From assembly GCF_029267215.1 (NCBI RefSeq), contig NZ_JARIDH010000032.1, positions 14,909 through 46,908 on the forward strand: a DNA stretch of 32,000 nt, read 5' to 3'. The notes beneath the pieces were generated by a model that searched no databases, was not told the DNA's origin, and was given only the letters and a program-made list of their open reading frames with translations. The stretch comes from Clostridium sp. (GTDB lineage: Bacteria; Bacillota; Clostridia; Clostridiales; Clostridiaceae). Positions 16,976-26,460 of the stretch are shown here, in pieces. Made by a program: the position numbers and the translations under genes. Each line of letters opens with the position of its first letter. Position 1 is the stretch's first letter.

Positions 16976-18220
16976 TTATCTATTAGCCATGAAGTTTTCT
17001 ATATCCTCTACAGATTTTATACACTCTTTAGTTAATACTTCACACCCATCTTTAGTTACCAAAACATCATCTTCTATCCTTATTCCTATGCTTTCTTCCT
17101 CTATATATAAGCCAGGTTCTACAGTATAAACCATACCTTCTTCTAATATTATATTTCTTTTACCAACATCATGAGTATCAAGACCTAAACTATGACCTAT
17201 TGAATGGAAGTAATATTTTCTATAATCCTTCTTATCCTCAACAAGACCAAGTCTTACACAAGCTTCTGCTAATAAATCATTAGCCTTTTCATTTAATTCA
17301 ACAAATCCTATTCCCGGTCTAATAGAATTTATTATCTCTTCATTAACCTTTAAAACTTCTTCATAAACTTCTTTTTGTCTTGGTGAGAACTTACCGTTTA
17401 TAGGGAAAGTTCTTGATATATCACCATTGTAGTAGTTTACTTGAGCCCCTAAATCAAATAAAATTAAATCTCCATCTTTCATTTCACTATTATTATCAAC
17501 ATAGTGTAAAGTGGCCGCATTAACACCTGCTGCTGCTATTGTTTTAAATGCAAAATCCTTAACACCATGTTGTTTTAAGTAGAAATCAAAATAAGCCTCT
17601 AATTCATATTCTTTCATCCCTGGCTTACACTCTTTCATTAAAAGCTCTACACCCTTAGCTGTTATGTGGGCAGCTTTCTTAATTTCCTTAACTTCTTCTC
17701 CACACTTAACTTGTCTTAAAGCTGCAATTTTACTATAAGCATCTTTTATAATTATTTGTGGATATTTATCTCTAATTTCTTTTGCAAAAGCCTGACTCTT
17801 ACTTATTTCTTCACCATAATTAAATCTCTCTAAATCTAAATAAAGTTTATCAACTATTCCGTTAACAAATAATCCATTTAAATCACTTTCAAATTGTTCT
17901 AAATACTTAATATTTTCTATCCCTGAAACTTCCCTAGCTTCATAATCTCTTATTGTTTTTCCAGTCCATTTTTCTTGTTCTAAATTTGGTCTTAAAATAT
18001 ATAACTCTTCCTCAACAACGCTATTAGTTTTCTTAATAACTAATATATGTTTTTCTTCATCAATACCAGTTAAATAGTAAAAATTTCTGTTAGGAGTAAA
18101 TGGGAAATACTCATCAGCAGTCTTTCTCTTTGCCTCTCCTGCAAACAATACTAATACTGAGTTATTATCTAATTGCTTTGATAAATTCTCTCTATGTTTA
18201 GTAAAAACTAATTTATTCAT
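16976..18220 (-). CDS. pepP: Xaa-Pro aminopeptidase (M24B, with AMP_N domain)
   Basis: Metal-ligand motifs DLGAQVNYYNGDISRT, HSIGHSLGLDTHD, VYTVEPGLY and IRIEDDVLVT. GGAGGGA RBS. Confidence 0.9.
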   Translation of the reverse strand: MNKLVFTKHRENLSKQLDNNSVLVLFAGEAKRKTADEYFPFTPNRNFYYLTGIDEEKHILVIKKTNSVVEEELYILRPNLEQEKWTGKTIRDYEAREVSGIENIKYLEQFESDLNGLFVNGIVDKLYLDLERFNYGEEISKSQAFAKEIRDKYPQIIIKDAYSKIAALRQVKCGEEVKEIKKAAHITAKGVELLMKECKPGMKEYELEAYFDFYLKQHGVKDFAFKTIAAAGVNAATLHYVDNNSEMKDGDLILFDLGAQVNYYNGDISRTFPINGKFSPRQKEVYEEVLKVNEEIINSIRPGIGFVELNEKANDLLAEACVRLGLVEDKKDYRKYYFHSIGHSLGLDTHDVGKRNIILEEGMVYTVEPGLYIEEESIGIRIEDDVLVTKDGCEVLTKECIKSVEDIENFMANR

Positions 18221-18316
18221 ATAAATCCCTCCAATTCCTATTTATTAAATTTTACCATATATAAAATCTAAAATCTTAATCTTTCACATAATATCTTTTT
18301 ATTTTTTACTAAAAAA

Positions 18317-18342
18317 ATACTCACTAGTTATCTAGTGAGTAT
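18317..18342 (-). terminator. Rho-independent terminator after adhE
   Basis: ATACTCACTAG-TTAT-CTAGTGAGTAT stem, followed on the minus strand by TTTTTTT. Confidence 0.65.
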
Positions 18343-18368
18343 TTATTATTTATCTTAGTACAAAGCTA

Positions 18369-20966
18369 TTAAACTCTGTCTTTTTTGCCTTCGAAAGCAT
18401 TAATATACATTTGCTTTATTTCACTAATTAATGGGTATCTTGGGTTAGCTCCTGTACATTGGTCATCGAATGCATCTTCACTCATTTTTTCTAATGTAGC
18501 GTAGAAGGCTTCTTTTGAAACTCCACATTCAGCTATTGTTGTAGGAATTCCAACAGTCTTCTTAAGACCATCTATAGCTTTGATTAAGTTGTTAACTTTT
18601 TCGTCTTCATTCTTTCCACCTAATCCTAAGTAATCAGCTACTACGGCATATCTCCATTTAGCATTAGGATACTTGTATTGTGGGAATGCAGCTTGTTTTC
18701 TTGGATTGTCAACAGCATTGAACTTTATTACTTGGTCTATTAAAATTCCATTAGCAACTCCGTGAGCTATATGGTGTTCTGATCCTAATTTGTGTGCCAT
18801 TGAGTGACATACTCCTAAGAATGCGTTAGCAAATGCCATACCTGCCATTGTTGAAGCATGAGCCATTTTCTCTCTTGCTTTAACATTTGTAGTTCCCTCA
18901 GCATAAGCTTGTGGTAAGTATTTAAATATTAATCTTATAGCTTCTAAAGCTAATCCATTAGTATATTCTGATGCTAAAACTGAAACATAAGCTTCCAAAG
19001 CATGAGTTAATGCGTCTATTCCTGATGCAGCTGTTAATCCTTTTGGCATATTCATCATAAGCTCAGCATCAATAATAGCCATATCTGGAGTTAACTCATA
19101 GTCTGCTAGTGGGTATTTTACTCCTGTCTCTTCATCAGTTATAACCGCGAATGGTGTTACCTCTGATCCAGTACCAGCTGATGTTGGAACTGCTATCATC
19201 ATAGCTTTTTCACCCATAGTTGGGAATGGATAAACTCTCTTTCTAATATCCATAAATCTCATTGCTAAATCTTCAAAAGCAACTTCTGGATGTTCATACA
19301 TTACCCACATAATCTTAGCAGCATCCATTGGTGAACCTCCACCAAGAGATATTATTGTATCTGGTTGATAGCTTCTCATTGCTTCAGCTCCTTTTTTAGC
19401 ACATGCTAAAGTTGGATCTGGAGTAACTTCTGAGAATACTCTGAAATCTACACCTATTTCTTCTAAAACATTTGTTATTTTATCAACATATCCTAGACTA
19501 GCTAATACGTTATCTGTTACTATAAATACTTTCTTTTTGTTTAAATCTTTTAATTCTCTAAGAGCAACTCCTAAAGCACCATATTTGAAGTAAACTTTTT
19601 CTGGAACTCTGAACCAAAGCATATTTTCTCTCCTTTCAGCTACACTCTTAACATTTAATAAGTGTTTAGGACCAACGTTTTCTGAAACTGAGTTTCCACC
19701 CCATGATCCACAACCTAAAGTTAATGATGGTGCTAGCTTAAAGTTATATATATCTCCGATTGCTCCTTGAGTTGATGGCATATTGATTATTGTTCTACCA
19801 GTTTTCATAGTTGCACCGAATTTAGCAATTCTATCTTGTGATTTCATTCTATCAGTATATAAAACTGAAGTATGTCCGAATCCACCAAGTTCAACTAATC
19901 TTTCAGCTTTAGTTAAAGCTTCTTCAAAATTAGCAACTCTATACATTCCTAATACTGGTGATAATTTTTCATGTGAGAATGGCTCTTCTAATTCAACTGA
20001 TTCAACTTCACCAATTAAAACTTTAGTGTCCTTTGGAACTTTAACACCAGCCATGTCAGCTATTTTCCATGCTGATTGACCAACTATATTAGCATTTAAG
20101 TTACCATTTATTAAAATTGTTTTTCTTACTTTGTCTATTTCTTTATCTTTTAAGAAGTAAGCACCTCTATCAGCAAACTCTTTTCTTACTTTATCATAAA
20201 CTTCATCAACAACTAATACTGTTTGCTCTGATGCACAGATAACTCCGTTATCAAAAGTTTTTGATAATAATATTGAGTTTACAGCCATTTTTAAGTGAGC
20301 TGTCTCATCTATTATAGCTGGTGTATTACCTGCTCCAACTCCGATAGCTGGTTTTCCTGATGAGTAAGCTGCTTTAACCATTCCTGGACCACCAGTAGCT
20401 AATATTATATCAGCTTCTGACATTAATACTTGTGACATTTCAACTGATGGCTCATCTATCCATCCAATTATATCTTTTGGAGCTCCTGCTTTAACAGCTG
20501 CATCTAAAACAACTTTAGCTGCCTCTATTGTTGAGTTTTTAGCTCTTGGATGTGGTGAGAAGAATACAGCATTTCTAGTCTTTAATGATATTAAAGCTTT
20601 GAAGATTGCTGTTGATGTTGGATTTGTAGTAGGAACTATTGCTGCTACAACTCCTATTGGCTCAGCTATTTTAGTGATACCAAATGATTCATCTTTTTCT
20701 ATAACTCCACAAGTTTTATCATCTTTATATTTGTTGTATATATATTCAGCAGCGAAATGGTTTTTGATAACTTTATCTTCTACTATTCCCATTCCTGACT
20801 CTTCAACAGCCATTTTAGCTAATTTTATTCTCTCATTATTAGCTGCTACTGCTGCTTGTCTGAAAATTTCATCTACTTGTTCTTGAGAAAATTTTGAAAA
20901 CTCTTTTTGAGCTGCTCTAACTTTCTCTAATCTAAGCATTAATTCATCTACATTTGTTACTTTCAT
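18369..20966 (-). CDS. adhE: Bifunctional acetaldehyde-CoA / alcohol dehydrogenase
   Basis: N-terminal ALDH domain (VCASEQ catalytic Cys region) and C-terminal Fe-ADH domain (GGGSPMDAAK, HSMAHKLG). The track start is a GTG inside the GAGGTGGG RBS, so ATG 20966 (MKVTNVDEL) is the likely start. Confidence 0.95.
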   Translation of the reverse strand: MKVTNVDELMLRLEKVRAAQKEFSKFSQEQVDEIFRQAAVAANNERIKLAKMAVEESGMGIVEDKVIKNHFAAEYIYNKYKDDKTCGVIEKDESFGITKIAEPIGVVAAIVPTTNPTSTAIFKALISLKTRNAVFFSPHPRAKNSTIEAAKVVLDAAVKAGAPKDIIGWIDEPSVEMSQVLMSEADIILATGGPGMVKAAYSSGKPAIGVGAGNTPAIIDETAHLKMAVNSILLSKTFDNGVICASEQTVLVVDEVYDKVRKEFADRGAYFLKDKEIDKVRKTILINGNLNANIVGQSAWKIADMAGVKVPKDTKVLIGEVESVELEEPFSHEKLSPVLGMYRVANFEEALTKAERLVELGGFGHTSVLYTDRMKSQDRIAKFGATMKTGRTIINMPSTQGAIGDIYNFKLAPSLTLGCGSWGGNSVSENVGPKHLLNVKSVAERRENMLWFRVPEKVYFKYGALGVALRELKDLNKKKVFIVTDNVLASLGYVDKITNVLEEIGVDFRVFSEVTPDPTLACAKKGAEAMRSYQPDTIISLGGGSPMDAAKIMWVMYEHPEVAFEDLAMRFMDIRKRVYPFPTMGEKAMMIAVPTSAGTGSEVTPFAVITDEETGVKYPLADYELTPDMAIIDAELMMNMPKGLTAASGIDALTHALEAYVSVLASEYTNGLALEAIRLIFKYLPQAYAEGTTNVKAREKMAHASTMAGMAFANAFLGVCHSMAHKLGSEHHIAHGVANGILIDQVIKFNAVDNPRKQAAFPQYKYPNAKWRYAVVADYLGLGGKNEDEKVNNLIKAIDGLKKTVGIPTTIAECGVSKEAFYATLEKMSEDAFDDQCTGANPRYPLISEIKQMYINAFEGKKDRV

Positions 20967-21064
20967 GATACCCACCTCATTATAGATTAGTTTCTATTTT
21001 TATAATATATGTAAAATTTAATTAAAAGCATTTTAGTTATTTTTTTAACTTTAATAATATTCCA

Positions 21065-21088
21065 TTTAATGATATTTTTATCATTAAA
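21065..21088. promoter_or_regulatory. Perfect 10+10 inverted repeat TTTAATGATA-tttt-TATCATTAAA upstream of adhE
   Basis: Read directly from the sequence. It lies about 100 nt upstream of the adhE ATG. Confidence 0.35.
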
Positions 21089-21225
21089 TTTTGTACCTTT
21101 TTATTTGTAAGCTTTTTCATACTTTCTAAAAAAGTAATTTACCAACCTTACGAAATTATAATATCATCTTTCACTTCTAAAATCCAGACTTTTTTTTACA
21201 TTTATTACATTTTATCGGCAAAAAA

Positions 21226-21243
21226 TTGTTATTTATTTAACTA
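21226..21243. promoter_or_regulatory. Rex-box-like site TTGTTATTTATTTAACTA upstream of adhE
   Basis: Matches 12 of 14 specified positions of the Firmicute Rex consensus TTGTTAA-N4-TTAACAA. adhE is a classical Rex target in clostridia. Confidence 0.35.
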
Positions 21244-21404
21244 TTTTGTGATTTTTTTATCAACTCTAAATATTTATATTTTAGTTAAACGATTTCTGTA
21301 ATATTTTGGATTATTTCTAATCACTATTCAAATTTAAATTAAATTCATCTTTTGTGTCTTATTTTCATAATATTATATTGCTAAATTTTAAATATTTTAT
21401 TCAT

Positions 21405-21923
21405 TTAAATTCCAAAGAAAATACTTACTACTATTACAGCCATAATTATAGCTGTTAAATCAGCCATAAAAGCTGCCCAAAAAGTATGTCTTATCTTTTT
21501 AATGCCTACAGCACCAAAATACACAGTCAATGTATAGAATATAGTTTCTGTTCCACCCATTATCACTGAAGCTATCAATCCTTCTCTAGTATCAGGGCCT
21601 ACTGTGTTTATAAGTTCTGTATAAATTCCTAATGCCCCACTTCCTGATAATGGTTTAATTAATACTAAAGGAACCACCTCTTTAGGAAGTCTTATTAATG
21701 AAACAAAAGGTTCCATAAAGTCATTTAATAAATTAAGTAAATTTGCATCTTTAAAAATTTTAATTGCAATCATCATAGCTAATAAAGCAGGAAATATTTT
21801 AAAACATACTATTAACCCCTCCTTTGCACCTTCTAAAAACCATTCATAAACTTTTCTTCCTTTAAACATTCCATAACAAACTATTAAAAGAAATATTATT
21901 GGAATTATGTTACTTGAAAACAA
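21405..21923 (-). CDS. spmB: Spore maturation protein B
   Basis: Clear similarity by eye to SpmB (nucleoside-recognition / Gate-domain membrane protein). TTG start, with AAAGGAGGAG 6 nt upstream, just after the spmA stop. Confidence 0.85.
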   Translation of the reverse strand: MFSSNIIPIIFLLIVCYGMFKGRKVYEWFLEGAKEGLIVCFKIFPALLAMMIAIKIFKDANLLNLLNDFMEPFVSLIRLPKEVVPLVLIKPLSGSGALGIYTELINTVGPDTREGLIASVIMGGTETIFYTLTVYFGAVGIKKIRHTFWAAFMADLTAIIMAVIVVSIFFGI

Positions 21924-21939
21924 ATATTTACTCCTCCTT

Positions 21940-22518
21940 TTAAAAATATCTCTGAAGTATCTTACAACATATTATTCCTATACAACATGAAGTAAATGTA
22001 GCTATTATTGCTGGTAGTATTATACTAGCTGGTTCACTTGATCCTGCGGCTGCTCTAATTGAAACAACAGTTGATGGAATAAGTTGAATACATGATGCAT
22101 TTATAACTAAAAATAAAGCCATATCATTGGATGCTTTTCCATCCTTTTCTTTATTTATCTTATTTAATTCAACCATAGCTTTAATCCCAAAAGGAGTGGC
22201 TGCATTTGATAATCCAAACATATTGGCGGTTAAATTCATTACTATTGCTCCCATAGCCTCATCATTCTCAGAACTCTCTTTAAATATTTTCCTTAATATA
22301 GGTTTTAATAACTTAGCAATTTTTGAAGTAAGTCCACTTTTTTCTGCTATTTTCATTACTCCACACCAAAAACACATTATTCCAACTAATGAAATTATGA
22401 AATTCACAGCACCTTCTGATGACTCTATTATTCCCTTTGTAATCAACTCTCCCTGGCCTGTCATTATGCTAAAAACCAACCCTGAAGCTATAATAGCAAA
22501 CCATATATAATTAATCAT
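21940..22518 (-). CDS. spmA: Spore maturation protein A
   Basis: Aligns by eye along its length with B. subtilis SpmA (MKIAE.SGL, GLSNAATPFGIKAM, NASCIQLIPSTVV). Confidence 0.85.
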   Translation of the reverse strand: MINYIWFAIIASGLVFSIMTGQGELITKGIIESSEGAVNFIISLVGIMCFWCGVMKIAEKSGLTSKIAKLLKPILRKIFKESSENDEAMGAIVMNLTANMFGLSNAATPFGIKAMVELNKINKEKDGKASNDMALFLVINASCIQLIPSTVVSIRAAAGSSEPASIILPAIIATFTSCCIGIICCKILQRYF

Positions 22519-22629
22519 GTCTCCTCCCTACTCACAAGTAATTTCTGTATAATATATGCCTTGCGTAGAAAGAATAGTAGTGTTACCATAAAACTACAAA
22601 GAACGAATTTACTTCAAAGGAGAATTTTT

Positions 22630-22809
22630 ATGAACGAGAATAATTTAAAATTAGCTCAACAAGATATTGATGAGGTTTTAAAAACAGTTGAAGAATTAGA
22701 GGGACAAATAGAAGATTTATCAAAAGATGATATAAAACAAAAATTCGTTACGTTAACTGAAAAGGTAAGAAAACTTGAAAATCTATTAAAAGATGAAGGT
22801 ATTATATAA
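22630..22809 (+). CDS. Small (59-aa) acidic coiled-coil protein, hypothetical
   Basis: AAAGGAGA RBS lies 7 nt upstream of ATG 22630. A strong terminator follows immediately. The track ORF (from TTG 22561) adds an unlikely basic extension with no RBS. Confidence 0.5.
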   Translation: MNENNLKLAQQDIDEVLKTVEELEGQIEDLSKDDIKQKFVTLTEKVRKLENLLKDEGII

Positions 22810-22811
22810 AT

Positions 22812-22854
22812 AAAAAGCTTGGTTTATCAATTTCTAAACCAAGCTTTTTTTTGT
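22812..22854. terminator. Bidirectional terminator between the small ORF and the MATE gene
   Basis: AAGCTTGGTTTA (22815-22826) pairs with TAAACCAAGCTT (22835-22846), with an A-run on the left and a run of 8 T on the right. Confidence 0.7.
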
Positions 22855-22903
22855 TTTCTATAATTTATTTTCCATAAGCTATTGATATTTTAATTATTAT
22901 TTA

Positions 22904-24271
22904 TTAAACATATCCTACCACTTCTTCTTTATCTTCTTTTTTGAATTCTTTCACAACAAATATTCCTGTTATTACTGTTGATAAGAAATCTGAAGTTGTA
23001 CCAGCTAACCAAACACCTATTAATCCTAAACCAGCTACTTTAGGCAATATAATTGTAAGTGGAATTAACAAAATTACCTGTCTTAACAAACTTAAAAAGG
23101 TTGCAAGTTTAGCTTTACCAATGGCTTGGAAGTAATTTGATCCTATTATTGGTATTCCTATAATAGGCATCATTAATAAGTAAATTCTTAATCCTGGAAT
23201 ACCAATTTCTAATAACTGTGGATCTGAGTTAAACATACTTATTGCAACTTCTGGGAATGTTTGAATTAGTATTCCACCAATTACTAATATTACAGATGCT
23301 ACTGCCATTGCAAGTTTTAATGTTTTCTGAGCTCTCTCATATTTCTTAGCCCCATAATTATATCCTATAATAGGTTGTGACCCTTGATTTATTCCAAATA
23401 TAGGCATTAAAAATATCATTGAAATTGATGATATTACTGCCATTGCACCTATTGCTAAATCCCCACCATAGTTTTTTAATGAATTATTAGCTACTATTTG
23501 GACTGCACTTGCTGCCATTTGCATTGAGAAAGGTGCAATTCCTATTGCTACTATTAATTTTACTATCCTCCATTCTAATTTAAATGTTTTAAACTTAAAT
23601 TTTAAATTTGAAGAACCTAATGTATAGTAATATAACATTATTACTGTTGTTACAATCTGAGAAATTACTGTTGCCCATGCAGCCCCTTTAATTCCTAAGC
23701 CCAATCCAAAAATAAATACAGCATCTAAAATAACATTTACTATACATCCTAATATCATTATTGCTGCTGACATTTTAGGATTTCCATCTGCCCTAATTGT
23801 ACTATTTAAAGAAAATGACATTAAGTTAAATATTGTTCCAAGTAATATTACATTTATATATTCCTTAGCATAAAATATTGTTGATTCACTAGCGCCAAAT
23901 AAACTTAATATATTATTAGCAAATATAATTCCTACTACTGTTAATATTATTGATATTAAAGTTATTAAAATTACAGAATTACCTAAAATCTTCTCTGCAT
24001 CTTTTCTATTATTTTGTCCAAATTTTATAGATATGTTTGCAGTTGCACCTATACCTATAAGCATTCCAAAACCAAGTAATATAGACATAATAGGCATTGT
24101 TATACCTACTCCTGTTATTGCCATAGGTCCAACTTTTGGTATATGTCCTATAAAGGCTCTATCAACTATGTTGTAAAGCGCATTAACAAGCATTCCTATA
24201 ATTGCAGGTACAGAATACTTAATTAAAAGTTTAATTTCTGATTCTTCCCCTAATATTTTTTGATTTTTCAT
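22904..24271 (-). CDS. MATE-family multidrug/toxin efflux transporter
   Basis: 12-TM profile with the MATE-typical N-terminus (LLIKYSVPAIIGMLVNALYNIVDRAFIGH). AAAGGAGGAAGG precedes ATG 24271, so the track start at 24328 is an upstream extension. Confidence 0.9.
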   Translation of the reverse strand: MKNQKILGEESEIKLLIKYSVPAIIGMLVNALYNIVDRAFIGHIPKVGPMAITGVGITMPIMSILLGFGMLIGIGATANISIKFGQNNRKDAEKILGNSVILITLISIILTVVGIIFANNILSLFGASESTIFYAKEYINVILLGTIFNLMSFSLNSTIRADGNPKMSAAIMILGCIVNVILDAVFIFGLGLGIKGAAWATVISQIVTTVIMLYYYTLGSSNLKFKFKTFKLEWRIVKLIVAIGIAPFSMQMAASAVQIVANNSLKNYGGDLAIGAMAVISSISMIFLMPIFGINQGSQPIIGYNYGAKKYERAQKTLKLAMAVASVILVIGGILIQTFPEVAISMFNSDPQLLEIGIPGLRIYLLMMPIIGIPIIGSNYFQAIGKAKLATFLSLLRQVILLIPLTIILPKVAGLGLIGVWLAGTTSDFLSTVITGIFVVKEFKKEDKEEVVGYV

Positions 24272-24442
24272 AATCCTTCCTCCTTTGAATCTATACTTCT
24301 TAAATATATGCATTAGTCTATTATACATTAATATTATTTTTTCATAAGATATAAAAAAATCATAACCACCTGTAAAATATGTGTTTTAATCTAGTCCTAT
24401 AAAGGCATGTTATTGGCTGTAGTATTCATTAAATACAACAAA

Positions 24443-24472
24443 AAGACTAAAAGTACCTCTACTCTTAGTCTT
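24443..24472 (-). terminator. Probable terminator after the 210-aa membrane protein gene
   Basis: AAGACTAA / TTAGTCTT stem with a 14-nt loop, followed on the minus strand by TTTTG. Confidence 0.45.
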
Positions 24473-24479
24473 TATATTT

Positions 24480-25112
24480 CTATTTGACAATATCTCCATA
24501 TATTATATTGCCAGCAATTAAATTTAAGCTAGTTGTTAGATTTAATACTATTGATAATACTATAATAGAAATAATATTTTTACCTAAAAACATGGCTAGT
24601 CCCATAGTTAAAAAGTTTAATATTATCATAAGTAACATCTGCTTTAATAATACATCTAAGAAGTTTTCTTTAATAACTGAAAAACTCTTCTTTATACTGT
24701 CCATTGTATTCTTATTTTCAAATATGCAGCACTGCATAGCTATTACAAAAAATATTGATAATACAATTCCTATTGGTGCAAAGAATCTTGTGCCAAAGGA
24801 TATTGTAAAATTTTGAATCATAAATACTGATAGTGGAAATATAGGATCTTTAAATGATGATTTTATTGCATCTATCCATTTCATCTTTGATCCACTTGTA
24901 AAACTACTAGTAACTTTAACTATCGCTATAGAAAAAAATCCTAAAGCAAGCATACTTATTACAGATATTATTGGGTTACCTGCTCCTAAAAAGCTAGGTA
25001 TAGTAAATAGTATTGTTATTGTTATAATGTCTAGTAAGTTTTTACTAAATGTATTGAAAACTGTTTTTATAAATTGACCAGCAGGCATGTTTTTTCTAAC
25101 ACTCTGTTGCAT
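24480..25112 (-). CDS. Hypothetical polytopic membrane protein (210 aa)
   Basis: TGGAGGAA RBS. Four to five hydrophobic helices. The topology resembles DUF975/UPF0259-type proteins, but I cannot confirm a family. Confidence 0.7.
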   Translation of the reverse strand: MQQSVRKNMPAGQFIKTVFNTFSKNLLDIITITILFTIPSFLGAGNPIISVISMLALGFFSIAIVKVTSSFTSGSKMKWIDAIKSSFKDPIFPLSVFMIQNFTISFGTRFFAPIGIVLSIFFVIAMQCCIFENKNTMDSIKKSFSVIKENFLDVLLKQMLLMIILNFLTMGLAMFLGKNIISIIVLSIVLNLTTSLNLIAGNIIYGDIVK

Positions 25113-25237
25113 AAGTTTCCTCCAAACAAAAATTTAACCTTCGATATAGTGTAACACTAATATTATCAAAATTATTTATATTTTTGTTTATATTAACCTT
25201 AATTTAACATATTGTATAAATTTATTTACAAATAACT

Positions 25238-25930
25238 TTATACCCCTAAATAGAAAAGATATAAGCCAACTAAAAGTATTATTATTCCTAGAATATTTTT
25301 CAAAATATTGCCTACTCTTTGCCCTTTATCTGAGTAAGCTATTTTTTCAACTAATCCAAAGGATGTTCCTGCTAATATTATAAGTACACTATGACCTAAT
25401 GAATACATAAGCAACATAATAATTCCTAATATTAAATTCCCACTTGCTGCTATGAATGCTATTATGGCAGCCATAATAGGGGTTGCACAAGGCGAAGCCA
25501 AAACTCCACTTAAAATTCCTAAAAAGAATACTTCAAAAAATCCTTCTCTCTTTTTAGGAATTTTACAAGCCTCCTTTTTATCTCCAAATATATTTATAAC
25601 TCCTATAACTTGAAGTCCAGATGCAAGCATAATTAATGATAGTACTATGTACCACATCTTTCCTGCACCTAAAAATACTTTTCCTATAATTGCAGTAATT
25701 ACCCCAATTGAAGTGAATGTAATTGCTATTCCTAAAGAAAATATCAATGAATATTTTAATGCTTTTTTATCATCCTTTATACCATTGCCTTGAACATATC
25801 CTATAAGCAATGGTATTGATGAAATTGTACAAGGACTAAAAGAAGCAACACATCCTGCAAAGAATGATAAAAATATTGCTAAAAATGTATTATGAAAAAT
25901 AACTTCATTAAAATATGATAAAAACTCCAT
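25238..25930 (-). CDS. ccdA: CcdA/DsbD-family thiol-disulfide electron transporter
   Basis: Six-TM protein with the two conserved Cys motifs FSPCTISSIPLL and ASPCATPIMAA. The start lies 1 nt after the thioredoxin gene stop. Confidence 0.85.
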   Translation of the reverse strand: MEFLSYFNEVIFHNTFLAIFLSFFAGCVASFSPCTISSIPLLIGYVQGNGIKDDKKALKYSLIFSLGIAITFTSIGVITAIIGKVFLGAGKMWYIVLSLIMLASGLQVIGVINIFGDKKEACKIPKKREGFFEVFFLGILSGVLASPCATPIMAAIIAFIAASGNLILGIIMLLMYSLGHSVLIILAGTSFGLVEKIAYSDKGQRVGNILKNILGIIILLVGLYLFYLGV

Positions 25931-25931
25931 A

Positions 25932-26360
25932 TTAATTAACCCCCAATGATTTTAATACATTTTCTATATAATCTGCTCTCATTAATCCTTGTTGAGTATA
26001 AAATTCTTTTCCATTCTTATCTAAAAACACAGTTGTTGGAACAACATTTACCCTGTATTTATATGCTAAATCCATATTTCTATCTTCTTCTAACCTAGCA
26101 TAATAAACATTAAATTTCTCTGGATACTTTTCTGATATTCCCCTTATTTCCTTTTGCATTTCAACACAATAAGGACATGTATCTGTTTTAAACATTATAA
26201 TAGTTGGAATTCCTTTTTTAGCATCTTCTAAATTTTTAATAATATTAATTTCTGAAGATGTTATTTCTTTCCTTTTGTCACCATAATTTTTCCCCAAATA
26301 TATTCCTATCAAAGATAAGATCAGTAGAGATAAAATTACTATCTTTTTTTTATTTCCCAT
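25932..26360 (-). CDS. Membrane-anchored thioredoxin-family protein (CPYC active site)
   Basis: N-terminal anchor KKIVILSLLILSLIGIYLG. Thioredoxin fold with FKTDTCPYCVEM and a cis-Pro region (VVPTTVF). AGGGAGGA RBS. Confidence 0.85.
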   Translation of the reverse strand: MGNKKKIVILSLLILSLIGIYLGKNYGDKRKEITSSEINIIKNLEDAKKGIPTIIMFKTDTCPYCVEMQKEIRGISEKYPEKFNVYYARLEEDRNMDLAYKYRVNVVPTTVFLDKNGKEFYTQQGLMRADYIENVLKSLGVN

Positions 26361-26402
26361 ATATTCCTCCCTTTAATTTAAATTCCCCTCTAAAAAATAA
26401 AA

Positions 26403-26432
26403 GGGTAACATAATTTTTATATTATGTTACCC
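26403..26432 (-). terminator. Rho-independent terminator after the ccpA-like gene
   Basis: GGGTAACATAAT / ATTATGTTACCC 12-bp stem, followed on the minus strand by TTTTATTTTTT. Confidence 0.65.
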
Positions 26433-26460
26433 AATAATTATGCATTTTTTATGCATTATA

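Noticed and set aside
21037-21120. Possible upstream ORF in the adhE leader
   Set aside because: On a first pass it looked like about 44 codons. Careful re-reading shows a TAA after 27 codons, there is no RBS, and the length is ordinary for AT-rich intergenic DNA.
21247-21263. CRP/FNR-like TGTGA-N7-ATCAA upstream of adhE
   Set aside because: The half-site spacing fits neither the CRP pattern (TGTGA-N6-TCACA) nor the FNR pattern (TTGAT-N4-ATCAA). Only 4-bp arms (TGAT/ATCA) are truly complementary.
22561-22629. N-terminal extension (MRRKNSSVTIKLQRTNLLQRRIF) of the small plus-strand ORF
   Set aside because: It starts at a TTG without an RBS. The AAAGGAGA RBS lies inside the extension, directly upstream of ATG 22630.
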